Shown here one piece after another: positions 42,143 through 53,016 of a DNA stretch of 64,000 bases. Every line of letters starts with the position of its first letter. The first letter of the stretch is position 1. The position numbers were made by a program, and so were the translations under genes. This stretch comes from an uncultured Gammaproteobacteria bacterium (GTDB lineage: Bacteria > Pseudomonadota > Gammaproteobacteria > HyVt-429), in the NCBI GenBank assembly GCA_947259975.1, contig CAMYOD010000037.1:9522-73521 (forward strand), written 5' to 3'. The notes beneath the pieces were generated by a model. That model did not search any database. It had not been told where the DNA came from and saw nothing but the letters and a program-made list of their open reading frames with translations.

Positions 42143-45100
42143 TTGGGTGGAGGCCCAGAGCCGATGACCAATAATTTGCCCGCCGTGGCTATACGTTTGC
42201 TGCTTTTCATCCTGTTGGCCGCTTGGCCGTTTGCGGGCTGGGCCCTGGGCCTTGGTCAGTTGAGTATGAAGTCCGCGCTCGACGAGCCGTTGGTGGCCGA
42301 GATTGAGCTGTTGGCCGTGGAAGCCGCCGAACGGGGCACTATCGAAGCGTCGTTAGCGCCGGTCGAGGAATTCGCCAAGGCGGGGGTGGGCCGCCCGCAG
42401 CACCTGGGCGCCATCACATTCGCTGTCGCGAGCCGGCCCGATGGCCGAACCTTCATCAAACTTACCACCGAAGAATCCCTGCGCGAACCGTTTCTGCACT
42501 TCCTTGTGCAAGTCGAATGGAGCGGCGGCCGTTTGCTGCGTGAGTACACGGCACTGCTGGATCCGCCCCTGTATGCAAAGGGTCCTGCCCCGGCCGTGAC
42601 CGCACCGACCGTGTCGGCGCCCGTCGTGACACCCGCACCGGAACCGGCAGCACCCGTGGCGGAGCCGGCGGCACCCTCCGCCGTGGCCGTGAGCCCGGTG
42701 TCCGAATTGCTCGGACCACCGATTGTCGAACAGGGCGTGCCGCTGGATTTGCGTGCCGATGTCGCGGCACCGACGGCACCGATGGCGGTAGCACAACAGA
42801 TCGGGCCGACGCAGCGGGGCGATTCACTGTGGGTACTGGCGTCACGGCTCAAACAACAGATGGACCTGAGTGAATATCAGATCATGCTGGCGTTGTTGCG
42901 GGAAAACCCGGAGGCCTTCATCGAGAACAACATGAACCGCCTCAAGCGCGGTCGTGTTCTCAAGGTGCCACCCCGGGAAACGGTGTCTGCGATCCCGCTC
43001 GCCGAGGCGACGCGGGATTACGCCGTCCAACTTGAACAATGGCAGGAATACAAGAGCGCCGTCGCGCAAGTCGCACCGAGCGTGAAAGCGAAGGCCGAAC
43101 CAACCGCCGAACCTGTCGCGGAGACAAAACCCATGGCGGAGGTCGCCGCCGCTGAGGCCGGTGAAGCCGCCGCTGAGGCCGGTGAAGCCGCCGCTGAGGT
43201 ACCCGCGCCCGACACCAAGGCGGCCGCGGCGGTCGATGCCGCCGAGGCTGAGGCACCCGCGGCGAAGGCTGAGATGGCGGTAGCGGGTAAGGCCGAGGCG
43301 GCCGCCGCAGCCGGTGACCGGCTGCGCATCGTGCAGGCGACCCTGGACAAGGATCAGGCGGCCGAGGCGGCGCAGCAGGCGGGCGCCGGCTCCGCGGAGA
43401 CCGCCAGTGGCGAAGCCGTCAAGCTACGCGATGAGATCGCGACGCTCGAGGAAGCGCTTGCCGCTCGCGAGATGGAAAACACGGAGCTACGCGAGCGGGT
43501 CAAACTGCTCGAAGAGCAGGTATCCAACGCGACGCGTCTGATCGAATTGCAGGATCAGGATCTTGCCCTGGCGCAACAACAAGCGGACAGTGCCCAGCGT
43601 GAGGCCGCGGTCGCCAAGACCGAGGCGGAAGTTGCGCAGGCCGAAGCGGCACGGCGTGTACCGGGTGCAACCGAAGAGGTCGTCACGCCGCCGGCGCAAC
43701 CGGCACCTGCCGTGACCACGCCGCAACCACGGGTGGCCCCGGGTCGCGTGACGCGGGCACCGTCGAAGAGCCTGTTGGAAAAGGCCAAGGATTTTCTTGC
43801 GTCGCCGTTCGGCATAGGTCTGGGCGGTGTCGCTGCGTTAGTGCTGGGCGTACTCGGCTTGTGGTTCTTCCGGATGCGCCGCGCCCGCGCAGAATTTGAG
43901 GAAAGTATTCTCGACGGCACGGCGATGGACTCGGTCACCGAGACCTCGGCACAAACCGCCGCCGGCACCGGGCCGACCAGCGACACGTCGTTCCTGAGTG
44001 ACTTCGGCGTGCCGGGTATGGGCAGCATGCAGGCGGACGAAGTGGACCCCCTGGCCGAAGCGGAGGTTTACCTTGCGTATGGACGCAGCGAACAGGCCGA
44101 AGAGGTTCTCAAGGAGGCCATTGGGAAAAACGCCGAGCGCGATGAGTTGAAGCTCAAACTGCTCGAGATCTATGAACAGCGCAGTGACGTCAAGGCCTTC
44201 GAGACCCTCGCCGAGGAGATGTACCCGGCGGCGGGTCAGGACGAAGGCGGTCTTTGGACCAAGGTCAGCGAGATGGGGAGCCGTCTGAATCCCGACAACC
44301 CATTATTCAAGGCCGCCGCGGTCGTGACCGCCGGCGCCGCCGCCGCGGGACTTGCCGGCGCAGTGGAATCCACGGAGACGCCTGGCACGGAAGACTTCGA
44401 GCCGTTCCCGGAACCCGATGAGGCGGGTGATCTAGCGCTGGATCTGGCCGATGTGGTCGGTGAGGCGGAAGAGGATACGGGCTTCGAGGGCCCGGCCGAG
44501 ATCTCCGGCGCCAGTCTGGAGATGCCGGATGAACTCGGTCTGCCAGCGGATCTTGACCTCGAATCCGCGCTGGAAGATCAGGGTACCCAGGAAATGGAAA
44601 CCCTCGATGTGGGCACGACCGAGGAAATGGAGGCGGCCAGCATTCCCGGGCTCGAGGATGTCGATCTTGATCTCGGCGGTGAGAGCGTAACCGACGAAAC
44701 GCCGGCGACCCAGATCATGGATGCCGCGGAAATGGCCGCCGCGTCCGGCGCGGCGACGGACACCCTTAAGATGAGCAGTGATGAACTGCTGGATACCGCA
44801 GAGCTGTCGCTGGATACCGAGGAGGACCTCCTCAAGACCGATGAACTCGAACTCCCCCCCGGAGCCACGCCGACCGAGGAATTCACGCTGGATTCCCTTG
44901 AGCTGCCGGATGATGCCACAGAGACGCTGGACCTGGCCGACGCAGCGGAGGCCGCAGCCGGCGAAGACACCCAGGAGATCACCCTTGCTGACGATACCCT
45001 GGCGATGGCGAATGAACTTGTCGATGATACCCGCGAGTTGCGTCTGGATGACGCCAGTGCGGCGGGGCTTGGTGCCGCCACCGCATCCACGGACGAACCG

Positions 45101-45292
45101 GTGGATGATGCGGTGACGCCGAGTCAGCAGATGCGCTGGGACGAGACCGCAACCAAATTGGATCTGGCCAAGGCCTATATCGACATGGGCGATGAGCCCG
45201 GTGCGCGCAGCATTCTCGATGAAGTCCTGGCCGAGGGCAGCGATACGCAGAAACGACAGGCCCAGGATCTGGCGTCCGAGCTCGGCGCTTAG
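42143..45292 (+). CDS. fimV: FimV/HubP-family polar-organising protein (LysM, TM, acidic repetitive C-terminal region)
   Basis: The N-terminal region aligns with P. aeruginosa FimV (LGLGQLSMKSALDEPLVAEIELL...FLHFLVQVEWSGGRLLREYTALLDPPLY). LysM is followed by a coiled-coil, a TM helix (GIGLGGVAALVLGVLGLWFF) and an acidic TPR-like C-terminus. Alternative start at 42164. Position after asd matches Pseudomonas. Confidence 0.85.
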   Translation: MGGGPEPMTNNLPAVAIRLLLFILLAAWPFAGWALGLGQLSMKSALDEPLVAEIELLAVEAAERGTIEASLAPVEEFAKAGVGRPQHLGAITFAVASRPDGRTFIKLTTEESLREPFLHFLVQVEWSGGRLLREYTALLDPPLYAKGPAPAVTAPTVSAPVVTPAPEPAAPVAEPAAPSAVAVSPVSELLGPPIVEQGVPLDLRADVAAPTAPMAVAQQIGPTQRGDSLWVLASRLKQQMDLSEYQIMLALLRENPEAFIENNMNRLKRGRVLKVPPRETVSAIPLAEATRDYAVQLEQWQEYKSAVAQVAPSVKAKAEPTAEPVAETKPMAEVAAAEAGEAAAEAGEAAAEVPAPDTKAAAAVDAAEAEAPAAKAEMAVAGKAEAAAAAGDRLRIVQATLDKDQAAEAAQQAGAGSAETASGEAVKLRDEIATLEEALAAREMENTELRERVKLLEEQVSNATRLIELQDQDLALAQQQADSAQREAAVAKTEAEVAQAEAARRVPGATEEVVTPPAQPAPAVTTPQPRVAPGRVTRAPSKSLLEKAKDFLASPFGIGLGGVAALVLGVLGLWFFRMRRARAEFEESILDGTAMDSVTETSAQTAAGTGPTSDTSFLSDFGVPGMGSMQADEVDPLAEAEVYLAYGRSEQAEEVLKEAIGKNAERDELKLKLLEIYEQRSDVKAFETLAEEMYPAAGQDEGGLWTKVSEMGSRLNPDNPLFKAAAVVTAGAAAAGLAGAVESTETPGTEDFEPFPEPDEAGDLALDLADVVGEAEEDTGFEGPAEISGASLEMPDELGLPADLDLESALEDQGTQEMETLDVGTTEEMEAASIPGLEDVDLDLGGESVTDETPATQIMDAAEMAAASGAATDTLKMSSDELLDTAELSLDTEEDLLKTDELELPPGATPTEEFTLDSLELPDDATETLDLADAAEAAAGEDTQEITLADDTLAMANELVDDTRELRLDDASAAGLGAATASTDEPVDDAVTPSQQMRWDETATKLDLAKAYIDMGDEPGARSILDEVLAEGSDTQKRQAQDLASELGA

Positions 45293-45425
45293 CACCCCAT
45301 ACCGGCGCCGGGCACGGCCGTGAGGCCCGGCATTCCGGCGGCGTCATTACATCGGTCAACGTTCCTCGCGACACCCGGCCTGGTGTAACCTCATCACGCA
45401 TTCGCTGCCGTTTGCGCTACACATC

Positions 45426-46121
45426 ATGACTCACCCCGTACTGCGTCTGGTCCTGTTCATCGGCCTGTGTCTGACGGCGGCGCGTTTGAGCTGGTTTGCA
45501 CTGGCGGCAATGTGGTTGGGCTTGATCGGATGTGGCCTGGGGCTGGGCTCCGGGCTTGGCCGCCTGGGGATTCTGCTACGTCGCTCGCGCTGGTTGTTCG
45601 TCTCCATCCTGGTTTTCTATCTTGGCTTCACACCCGGTGAGCCGATATTGCCGGCCGTGTCGTTTTGGTCGCCGAGCGTCGTGGGAGTCGAGCAGGGCAC
45701 ACGGCGGGTGCTCGTGTTATTGGTAATAATCACCGCGGTGAGCCTGTTGCTGCGCTATACGCCACGCCCGGCATTGCTCGCCGGCCTGTACGGTCTCGCG
45801 ACGCCCTTGCGATGGGTCGGTGTGGCCCGGGATCGTCTCGCCGTACGATTGCTGTTGACCCTCGAGTACGCCGCATCGATAGACAAAACCTTGGCGCAGG
45901 CATCGCAGGATCACAATCGCACGAACGCGGTGCAAGAGGGTTACCTGGCACATTTGGCCGCCAAGGCGACCGACGCCTATACTTCGGTGCTGAGCGCCGG
46001 CCAACAGGCCGAATTGATCGAACTCGAACTACCGCGTGTTGGACGGTTGCGAGCCGTGGATCTTGTCTCGGCGGCATTGCTCGGCGCCCCGCTGGCGATA
46101 TTGTGGTGGTTTGCACCGTGA
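45426..46121 (+). CDS. hypothetical polytopic membrane protein (possibly CbiQ/EcfT-like)
   Basis: 231 aa with 5-6 TM helices. The ...LATPLRWVGVARDRLAVRLLLTLEYAASI... stretch loosely resembles the EcfT/CbiQ conserved loop; weak. The stop overlaps the truA GTG start. Confidence 0.45.
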   Translation: MTHPVLRLVLFIGLCLTAARLSWFALAAMWLGLIGCGLGLGSGLGRLGILLRRSRWLFVSILVFYLGFTPGEPILPAVSFWSPSVVGVEQGTRRVLVLLVIITAVSLLLRYTPRPALLAGLYGLATPLRWVGVARDRLAVRLLLTLEYAASIDKTLAQASQDHNRTNAVQEGYLAHLAAKATDAYTSVLSAGQQAELIELELPRVGRLRAVDLVSAALLGAPLAILWWFAP

Positions 46122-46897
46122 GGATCGCGGCAGGCATCGAATACGACGGCAGTGGATTTTCCGGATGGCAATTGCAGGCGGGAGCACGCACGGTACAGGC
46201 TGCGGTCGAGCAAGCCTTCGCAACCGTTGCCGACCAGCCGGTTCGGGCCATCACCGCCGGACGTACGGACGCGGGAGTGCATGCCGCATGTCAGGTGGTG
46301 CACTTCGATACGAACGCACATCGGAGCGATTACTCATGGACCCGTGGTGCGACCAGCAACCTGCCCGAGGATGTGGCCTGTCTCTGGACGCGGGTCGTGG
46401 ACGCGGATTTCCATGCCCGCTTCTCCGCTACCGAGCGGCGTTATCGCTATGTAATTCTCAACCGGTCGATACGGCCAACCTTCCTGGCACGGCGCGTCGC
46501 CTGGGAGCGGCGTCCGCTGGACGTGCAGCGTATGCAGCTCGCTGCCGACCTTCTGCTGGGTGAACACGACTTCAGTGCGTTCCGCGCCGTGGGCTGCCAG
46601 GCGAAATCGCCGGTGCGCGAACTGCGCCGTCTGGATGTATTTCGCCGCGCGGGGTTTATCTGCATCGATGCCCATGCGAATGCTTTTCTGCAGCATATGG
46701 TGCGCAATCTGGCGGGTGTGCTTTTGTCGATCGGTGCCGGCGAGCGCGCGCCGGAATGGGCCGGCGAGGTACTGGCGACCCGTGACCGTACCCGGGGGGG
46801 CGTGACCGCCCCGCCGGAGGGCTTGTATCTCACCGGCATCATCTATCCCGCGAAATATGAGCTGCCTTCCTATCCCGAGCCGCATCTGTTCTGGTAA
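46118..46897 (+). CDS. truA: tRNA pseudouridine(38-40) synthase TruA
   Basis: GTG start giving VRIAAGIEYDGSGFSGWQLQ (TruA consensus MRIALGIEYDGS.F.GWQ) and active-site RTDAGVHA. The long upstream in-frame extension (ORF 45665) was rejected. Confidence 0.85.
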   Translation: MRIAAGIEYDGSGFSGWQLQAGARTVQAAVEQAFATVADQPVRAITAGRTDAGVHAACQVVHFDTNAHRSDYSWTRGATSNLPEDVACLWTRVVDADFHARFSATERRYRYVILNRSIRPTFLARRVAWERRPLDVQRMQLAADLLLGEHDFSAFRAVGCQAKSPVRELRRLDVFRRAGFICIDAHANAFLQHMVRNLAGVLLSIGAGERAPEWAGEVLATRDRTRGGVTAPPEGLYLTGIIYPAKYELPSYPEPHLFW

Positions 46898-46930
46898 ATT
46901 CGTCGCTCATTCAGCGAGGCCGACGGCAGT

Positions 46931-47545
46931 ATGCGAACACGGATAAAGATTTGTGGCATTACATCGTTGGAAGATGCCCACGCGGCAGTACATGCCGGCG
47001 CCGACGCCATCGGTCTGGTGTTTCACGATGCCAGCCCGCGCCATGTGGCTGTCGAAACGGCACATGCCATCGCCTGGGCCCTGCCGCCATTTGTCACTGT
47101 GGTGGGGTTGTTTGTCGATGCGCCAGCGGAGCGGATCGCGGCGGTTCTGGATGCGGTCCCACTTGGCCTGATCCAGTTCCACGGCGCGGAAACCGCCGAC
47201 GACTGTCGGCGTTATGGGCGTCCGTATATCAAGGCGATTCCCATGCGCGCAGACGTGGATCTGGCGCATGCCGCCGCGGCCTATCCGGATGCCGCGGCCT
47301 TGCTGGTGGATAGCCACCATGCGGCTATGGCGGGCGGCAGCGGCGAGACCTTTGATTGGACGCGCCTGCCCGCGAGCCTGGGTAGACCCCTCGTACTCGC
47401 CGGCGGTTTGACGCCCGGCAACGTCGCCCAAGCGGTTGCCATGGTGCGACCCTATGCGGTGGATGTCAGCAGCGGCGTGGAAAAGAGGCGCGGCGTCAAA
47501 GATACGGATAAAATGGCCGCCTTTGTGCGCGCAGTAGTCGAATGA
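46931..47545 (+). CDS. trpF: phosphoribosylanthranilate isomerase
   Basis: MRTRIKICGIT...DAIGLVF...; 204 aa; TrpF fold. Confidence 0.85.
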   Translation: MRTRIKICGITSLEDAHAAVHAGADAIGLVFHDASPRHVAVETAHAIAWALPPFVTVVGLFVDAPAERIAAVLDAVPLGLIQFHGAETADDCRRYGRPYIKAIPMRADVDLAHAAAAYPDAAALLVDSHHAAMAGGSGETFDWTRLPASLGRPLVLAGGLTPGNVAQAVAMVRPYAVDVSSGVEKRRGVKDTDKMAAFVRAVVE

Positions 47546-47557
47546 GGAATGAATTGA

Positions 47558-48757
47558 ATGGGTGCTTACGCATTACCTGATGCAGGAGGTCATTTCGGGA
47601 TCTACGGCGGTTCGTTTGTCGCCGAGACTCTGATGGAGCCACTCGCCGAGTTGCGTGTGGCCTACAAACAGTATCTTCGGGACCCGGAGTTCTTAAAGGT
47701 CCTCGATGAGGATCTGCGCCAATATGTGGGGCGACCGAGCCCGCTCTATTTTGCCGCGCGTCTGACCGAGACCTGGGGCGGTGCGCGGATCTACCTCAAA
47801 CGCGAGGACCTCAATCACACCGGTGCGCACAAGATCAATAACACCGTCGGCCAGGCATTACTGGCGCAGCGTCTGGGCAAGACTCGAATCATCGCGGAAA
47901 CCGGCGCCGGACAACACGGCGTCGCCACCGCCACGGTCGCCGCGCGCCTGGGCTTGGAATGTGTCGTCTACATGGGTGCCGAGGACATCAAACGCCAGGC
48001 AATCAATGTGTACCGTATGCGCCTGCTTGGTGCCGACGTGATAGCCGTGGAATCCGGCTCCAGCACGCTCAAAGACGCGCTCAATGAGGCGATGCGGGAT
48101 TGGGTCACCAATGTGGACGATACTTTCTATATCATTGGTACCGTCGCCGGCCCCGATCCCTACCCGGCCATGGTGCGCGATCTGCAGGCCGTGATCGGGC
48201 GCGAGGCACGCGAGCAGATACTCACCCAGGAGGGGCGCCTGCCGGACGCCCTGGTGGCCTGTGTGGGCGGCGGTTCCAACGCAATCGGCCTGTTTTATCC
48301 CTTTCTCGAGGACGAAGCCGTGGCACTCCACGGCGTGGAAGCGGCGGGTGAGGGTCTGGATACGGGTCACCATGCGGCACCACTGTGCGCTGGAAAACCG
48401 GGTGTATTGCACGGCAACCGCACTTATCTGATGGAAGACCAGGACGGTCAGATCATACACACCCACTCTATCTCCGCCGGGCTCGACTACCCGGGCGTCG
48501 GGCCCGAGCACGCGTGGCTGAGAGACAGCGGTCGCGCCACCTACGTGGCGGTGACCGATGATGAGGCGCTGGCGGCATTTCATGAATTGACGCGGGTCGA
48601 GGGCATCCTGCCGGCACTCGAGTCCAGTCATGCGCTGGCCTATACATCAAAACTCGCCCGCGACCTCGGCCGCGACGGTGTCATCATTGTGAATCTCTCC
48701 GGGCGTGGCGATAAGGATGTGCACACGATCGCAGAGCGCGAGGGGATCGAGATCTGA
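47558..48757 (+). CDS. trpB: tryptophan synthase beta chain
   Basis: HTGAHKINN (PLP lysine motif) and GGGSNAIG; 399 aa. Confidence 0.95.
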   Translation: MGAYALPDAGGHFGIYGGSFVAETLMEPLAELRVAYKQYLRDPEFLKVLDEDLRQYVGRPSPLYFAARLTETWGGARIYLKREDLNHTGAHKINNTVGQALLAQRLGKTRIIAETGAGQHGVATATVAARLGLECVVYMGAEDIKRQAINVYRMRLLGADVIAVESGSSTLKDALNEAMRDWVTNVDDTFYIIGTVAGPDPYPAMVRDLQAVIGREAREQILTQEGRLPDALVACVGGGSNAIGLFYPFLEDEAVALHGVEAAGEGLDTGHHAAPLCAGKPGVLHGNRTYLMEDQDGQIIHTHSISAGLDYPGVGPEHAWLRDSGRATYVAVTDDEALAAFHELTRVEGILPALESSHALAYTSKLARDLGRDGVIIVNLSGRGDKDVHTIAEREGIEI

Positions 48758-49590
48758 TGTCACGCATTGACAAACGCTTTGCGGAGTTGCGCGCACAGCA
48801 GCGTGCCGCACTGGTACCGTTCATCACCGCCGGCGATCCAGCCCCGGAAGTAACGGTGCCCTTGATGCACGCCATGGTGGCGGCGGGCGCGGATATTATT
48901 GAACTTGGGGTACCGTTCTCCGATCCCATGGCGGAAGGGCCGGCCATACAACGTGCCTGCGAGCGTGCGCTCGAGCACCATGTGAGCCTGCACGACGTCC
49001 TGGCGATGGTACAGCGCTTCCGTGCCGATGATGACAGTACGCCGGTCGTCGTCATGGGCTATCTCAATCCCGTCGAGGTCATGGGCTACGAAACCTTCGC
49101 CGCGGCCGCGGCGGCCGCGGGTGTGGACGGGGCGCTGACCGTCGATCTTCCGCCGGAAGAGGCGGACGCCTATATCCGCGCCTTGCGCGAATCCCATGTC
49201 GACACCATCTTTTTGTTGGCACCCACCACCAGCGACGCACGCATAGAGCGTATCTGCGGCGCCAGCTCCGGATTCGTATACTATGTGTCTCTGCGCGGTG
49301 TGACCGGCGCCGCGCATTTGGATTTAACCGAGGTCGCCGATAAGCTTGCGCAAATACGCTCGCATACCGATGCCCCGGTAGGCGTCGGTTTTGGGATCCA
49401 TACCGCGGCCGTGGCGGCGCAGGTTGCGCAGCTGGCCGACGCGGTCATCGTCGGCAGCGCGATCGTGAAGCGTATCGAGGCACTTGCCGGCGAACCGGAG
49501 CGGATACCTGCGGAGGTGGGCGCTTTCATTCGTGAACTGCGCGAAGCCATCACGTCCACAACTAAAATGACAAACGCGATAAACGAATGA
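48757..49590 (+). CDS. trpA: tryptophan synthase alpha chain
   Basis: [25 protein letters not shown]; the start overlaps the trpB stop. Confidence 0.9.
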   Translation: MSRIDKRFAELRAQQRAALVPFITAGDPAPEVTVPLMHAMVAAGADIIELGVPFSDPMAEGPAIQRACERALEHHVSLHDVLAMVQRFRADDDSTPVVVMGYLNPVEVMGYETFAAAAAAAGVDGALTVDLPPEEADAYIRALRESHVDTIFLLAPTTSDARIERICGASSGFVYYVSLRGVTGAAHLDLTEVADKLAQIRSHTDAPVGVGFGIHTAAVAAQVAQLADAVIVGSAIVKRIEALAGEPERIPAEVGAFIRELREAITSTTKMTNAINE

Positions 49591-50444
49591 GTTGGTTCGA
49601 GAAGTTACTCCCACCCAAGATCAAAAGCGAGTCTTCCGCCGTCAAACGCGGCGTGCCCGAGGGGCTTTGGGACAAATGTTCGGCATGCAATGCGGTGCTG
49701 TACCGAGCCGAAGTCGAACGCAACATCGATGTCTGCCCGAAATGCGGTTATCACATGCGTATCGGTGCCCGCCAGCGCCTCGATCGATTCCTCGACGCGG
49801 AGCCACGCGAGGAGATCGGCGAAAATCTCCGTCCGGTGGATATGCTGAAGTTCAAGGATAGCAAGAAGTACAAGGACCGAATTACCGATGCGCAGAAAAA
49901 AACTGCCGAGAAGGACGCGCTGGTCGTGCTTGAAGGTAAGCTGAAAGGTAAACCACTGGTGGCCGCGGCGTTTGAGTTTGGTTTCATGGGTGGCTCCATG
50001 GGTTCCGTGGTGGGCGAGCGTTTCGTTCGCGCGGTGAACCGATGCATGGAAAACAACATCCCGCTGGTCTGTTTCGCGGCAAGCGGCGGCGCGCGCATGC
50101 AGGAGGCGCTTTGGTCATTGATGCAAATGGCCAAGACCAGTGCGGCGCTCGCAGCCATGGGCAAGCGGAGACTGCCCTTTATCTCCATCTTAACCGACCC
50201 CACAATGGGCGGTGTCTCGGCAAGCCTGGCCATGTTGGGCGATGTCAATATTGCGGAACCAAACGCGCTGATCGGCTTCGCCGGCCCGCGGGTGATCGAA
50301 CAGACGGTGCGCGAGACATTGCCGGAAGGATTTCAACGCGCCGAATTCCTGCTCGAGCACGGCGCCATCGACATGATCGTCGATCGCCGCGATCTGCGTG
50401 ATACGGTCCATGGCCTGCTGACACTGCTGCATCCATCATCCTGA
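49587..50444 (+). CDS. accD: acetyl-CoA carboxylase carboxyltransferase subunit beta
   Basis: MSWFEKL..., a zinc ribbon CSACNAVLY...CPKCGYH, and a carboxyltransferase domain. Confidence 0.9.
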   Translation: MSWFEKLLPPKIKSESSAVKRGVPEGLWDKCSACNAVLYRAEVERNIDVCPKCGYHMRIGARQRLDRFLDAEPREEIGENLRPVDMLKFKDSKKYKDRITDAQKKTAEKDALVVLEGKLKGKPLVAAAFEFGFMGGSMGSVVGERFVRAVNRCMENNIPLVCFAASGGARMQEALWSLMQMAKTSAALAAMGKRRLPFISILTDPTMGGVSASLAMLGDVNIAEPNALIGFAGPRVIEQTVRETLPEGFQRAEFLLEHGAIDMIVDRRDLRDTVHGLLTLLHPSS

Positions 50445-50503
50445 AGCGCGACCTAATCCGCGGAGCTTCTATGCACGCCCGGCCGTGCGCGGGCGTCCAG
50501 GCC

Positions 50504-51790
50504 ATGAAAAGCAAACCCCAAAGCGTCGCCGAGTGGCAGACTTATATTGAGTCGCTGCACTCGCGCAGCATTGACCTGACCCTCGAGCGGGTGCGAGAAA
50601 TACAGCGGCGTTTGGGTCTCGAGCGCCTGGCCTGGCCGGTGGTCACCGTCGCCGGCACCAATGGCAAAGGTTCAACCGTGGCGATGTTGGAGGCCATGTT
50701 CGCGGCCGGCGGCTATCGTGTCGGCGCCTATACGTCACCGCACCTGATTCACTACAACGAGCGTATCCGCATCGCCGGTCGACCGATTGATGACGCGCTG
50801 CTGTGCGATACCTTCGCGCTGGTCGAAGACGCGCGGGGCGACATTCCCCTGACCTATTTCGAGTACGGCACACTGGCGGCGCTGCAGGTGTTCGCGGCCC
50901 AGCACCTCGATGTCACACTGCTCGAGGTCGGCCTCGGCGGGCGCCTGGACGCAGTGAACGTCATCGACGCGGATGTGGCGGTGATCACCTCTGTCGGCAT
51001 CGATCATCAAGACTGGTTGGGCCCGGATCGTGAGCAAATCGGTCGCGAGAAGGCCGGCATTTTTCGCCCCGGACACCCGGCGATTTGCGCGGAAACCGAT
51101 CCACCGGCGAGTGTGCGCGCCTATGCCCGTGAGATCGGCGCCCGGCTGGTGCTTGCCGGCCGTGATTTTTCCTATGCGCTCAGCGACGGCGGCTGGACCT
51201 GGCGCTGGGGCGACAAGACCCGCGCCGGGCTGCCCTATCCATGGCTGCGTGGCGCAGCACAACTGGCCAACGCAGCCGCCGCTCTGGCGGTAGTGGAGTG
51301 TCTCGATGCAGATCTCCCGCTGACCCAGGTGCAGGTGCGCGCGGGTCTGGAAAACTGCCGGCTTGCGGGCCGCTTTCAGACGTTGCCCGGCATACCGCGC
51401 CAGGTTCTGGACGTGGCACACAATCCAGATGCGGCGCGCGAACTGCGCGAGAATCTGCGTGCGCAGCAGGTCACCGGCAAGACCCTGGCGGTGTGCGCCA
51501 TGCTGGCCGACAAACCCATCGCCGAAGTCATGGGCATACTTGCACCGATCATGGACGGCTGGCATTTCGCATCGCTGGACGTGCCGCGCGGCGCCACGGC
51601 GGGAGAACTGAAAATCCATGCACAAACCGCCGGAATCGAGGCGCCAATGCGGACGCATGGGACTGTGGTCGCGGCCTACCGGGCGGCATGCGCGGCCGCG
51701 GCGCCTGCCGACCGGATCGTGGTGTTTGGGTCATTTTATACGGTGGGTGCTATAATGCGCGCCCAATCAATCACTTTTGAATCAAATTGA
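50504..51790 (+). CDS. folC: bifunctional folylpolyglutamate synthase/dihydrofolate synthase
   Basis: Aligns with E. coli FolC from MKSKPQSVAEWQTYIESLHSR; a P-loop TVAGTNGKGST; and LTYFEYGTLAAL. Confidence 0.85.
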   Translation: MKSKPQSVAEWQTYIESLHSRSIDLTLERVREIQRRLGLERLAWPVVTVAGTNGKGSTVAMLEAMFAAGGYRVGAYTSPHLIHYNERIRIAGRPIDDALLCDTFALVEDARGDIPLTYFEYGTLAALQVFAAQHLDVTLLEVGLGGRLDAVNVIDADVAVITSVGIDHQDWLGPDREQIGREKAGIFRPGHPAICAETDPPASVRAYAREIGARLVLAGRDFSYALSDGGWTWRWGDKTRAGLPYPWLRGAAQLANAAAALAVVECLDADLPLTQVQVRAGLENCRLAGRFQTLPGIPRQVLDVAHNPDAARELRENLRAQQVTGKTLAVCAMLADKPIAEVMGILAPIMDGWHFASLDVPRGATAGELKIHAQTAGIEAPMRTHGTVVAAYRAACAAAAPADRIVVFGSFYTVGAIMRAQSITFESN

Positions 51791-52416
51791 AGGCTGTTTC
51801 GATGAGTGCTGGAGCGGGAAATATGCTGCCGGATTTTGATCCGCGGCATCGAATTATAGGCGCGATCGTGTTGGTGTCTCTGGCAGTGATCTTTCTGCCC
51901 ATGGTGCTCGACAGTCGCGCGCTACACGAAGCGGATGCGGTACCGATGTTTGAGATTCCGGAGCGCGACAAAAAGATCTTCGTCTCCAAGGTGACACCCA
52001 TCATTCCGGCCGGCATCAGCACGGAAGCACCGCAAACGGCGGCGAAAAAATCCACGTCGTCGCCGACGCCTGGCACGGAGAAATCCAAGGCCATCACCAA
52101 GCCGGCCACCAAGTCCGCATCGACACCGCCGCCCAGCACCCCAGCCGCGGCGGCCAGCAGCCGCAAGCAGGCGCGAATCAAAGAAGGTTGGGCCGTGCGG
52201 GTCGGAACGTTTTCCGTGCATGAGAATGCCGAGCGGGTGATGGCCGCACTACGCGCCAAAGGCTTCACGCCGAACAGCAGCTCGATCCCGACCACCAACG
52301 GTGCCGTTACCCGTGTGTGGCTTGGGCCTTACAAAGGTGAAGATGAGGCGAGCCGGGCAAGGCAGAAGGTGCGCAGCGCCACCGGCAATGATGGTTACAT
52401 CGTTACCTACCCCTGA
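51787..52416 (+). CDS. SPOR-domain cell-division protein (DedD-like)
   Basis: A TM anchor, a Pro/Ala/Ser/Thr-rich linker and a C-terminal SPOR domain (GWAVRVGTFSVHENAERVMAALRAKGF...VWLGPY). Confidence 0.7.
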   Translation: MKAVSMSAGAGNMLPDFDPRHRIIGAIVLVSLAVIFLPMVLDSRALHEADAVPMFEIPERDKKIFVSKVTPIIPAGISTEAPQTAAKKSTSSPTPGTEKSKAITKPATKSASTPPPSTPAAAASSRKQARIKEGWAVRVGTFSVHENAERVMAALRAKGFTPNSSSIPTTNGAVTRVWLGPYKGEDEASRARQKVRSATGNDGYIVTYP

Positions 52417-52488
52417 CCCCGGGCGCCGCTGTAGCCGCGCTTTCGCTGCGCGGCCTAGATGCGCGTTGCGGCAAAATGGATCTTTTGC

Positions 52489-52980
52489 ATGACGCCACTG
52501 GATTTTGTCATCATCGCCGTCGTCCTCATTTCCGCCCTGATTGGTCTGTTTCGCGGGTTCGTAAAAGAAGTGCTGTCGTTGATCAACTGGCTGGCCGCGC
52601 TGCTGGTCGCATGGTTTTTCGCGCCCACAACCGCGGTGATGCTCGAGCAGTGGATCGCAAGCCCGACCCTGCGATTGGTTCTCGCCTTCGCCGGACTGTT
52701 TCTGGTCACGCTGTTGACCGCAACCATACTGAGCCATTTCCTGCATCGCCTCGTCGTGCGTGGCGGCCTTAAGGGGACCGATCGCAGCCTGGGGGTGCTG
52801 TTCGGCATCGCCCGCGGGGTGGTGATCCTGACCGTCGCCGTATTGCTGGCCGGGACCACGACGATTCCGCAGGAGACCTGGTGGCAGGGTTCGTTACTGA
52901 TCGGCTATCTCGAGGGGGTGGCGACCACCGTGGTGGCCTATTTGCCGCCGGATATTGCCGGTTACTTTTCGTATCGCTAG
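52489..52980 (+). CDS. cvpA: colicin V production protein CvpA
   Basis: From the internal Met MTPLDFVIIAVVLISALIGLFRGFVKEVLSL, aligning with E. coli CvpA; GTDRSLGVLFGIARG. Confidence 0.85.
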   Translation: MTPLDFVIIAVVLISALIGLFRGFVKEVLSLINWLAALLVAWFFAPTTAVMLEQWIASPTLRLVLAFAGLFLVTLLTATILSHFLHRLVVRGGLKGTDRSLGVLFGIARGVVILTVAVLLAGTTTIPQETWWQGSLLIGYLEGVATTVVAYLPPDIAGYFSYR

Positions 52981-53016
52981 ACTACCGCGTTTCCCGAACC
53001 CCGAGGGGTATCCTGC

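Noticed and set aside
43141-43200. 18-bp x2.5 tandem repeat in fimV (AAAEAGEA units)
   Set aside because: FimV/HubP proteins characteristically carry repetitive acidic/Ala-rich linkers; nothing beyond that.
45293-45425. GC hairpin (GCCGGGC...GCCCGGC) downstream of fimV as a terminator
   Set aside because: It lacks a following T-tract. It may still be a weak or Rho-dependent signal, but cannot be called from sequence.
45665-46117. Long in-frame 5' extension of truA (ORF 45665..46897)
   Set aside because: The extension overlaps the membrane-protein gene in another frame and is Arg/Gly-rich nonsense. TruA homology begins exactly at the GTG at 46118.
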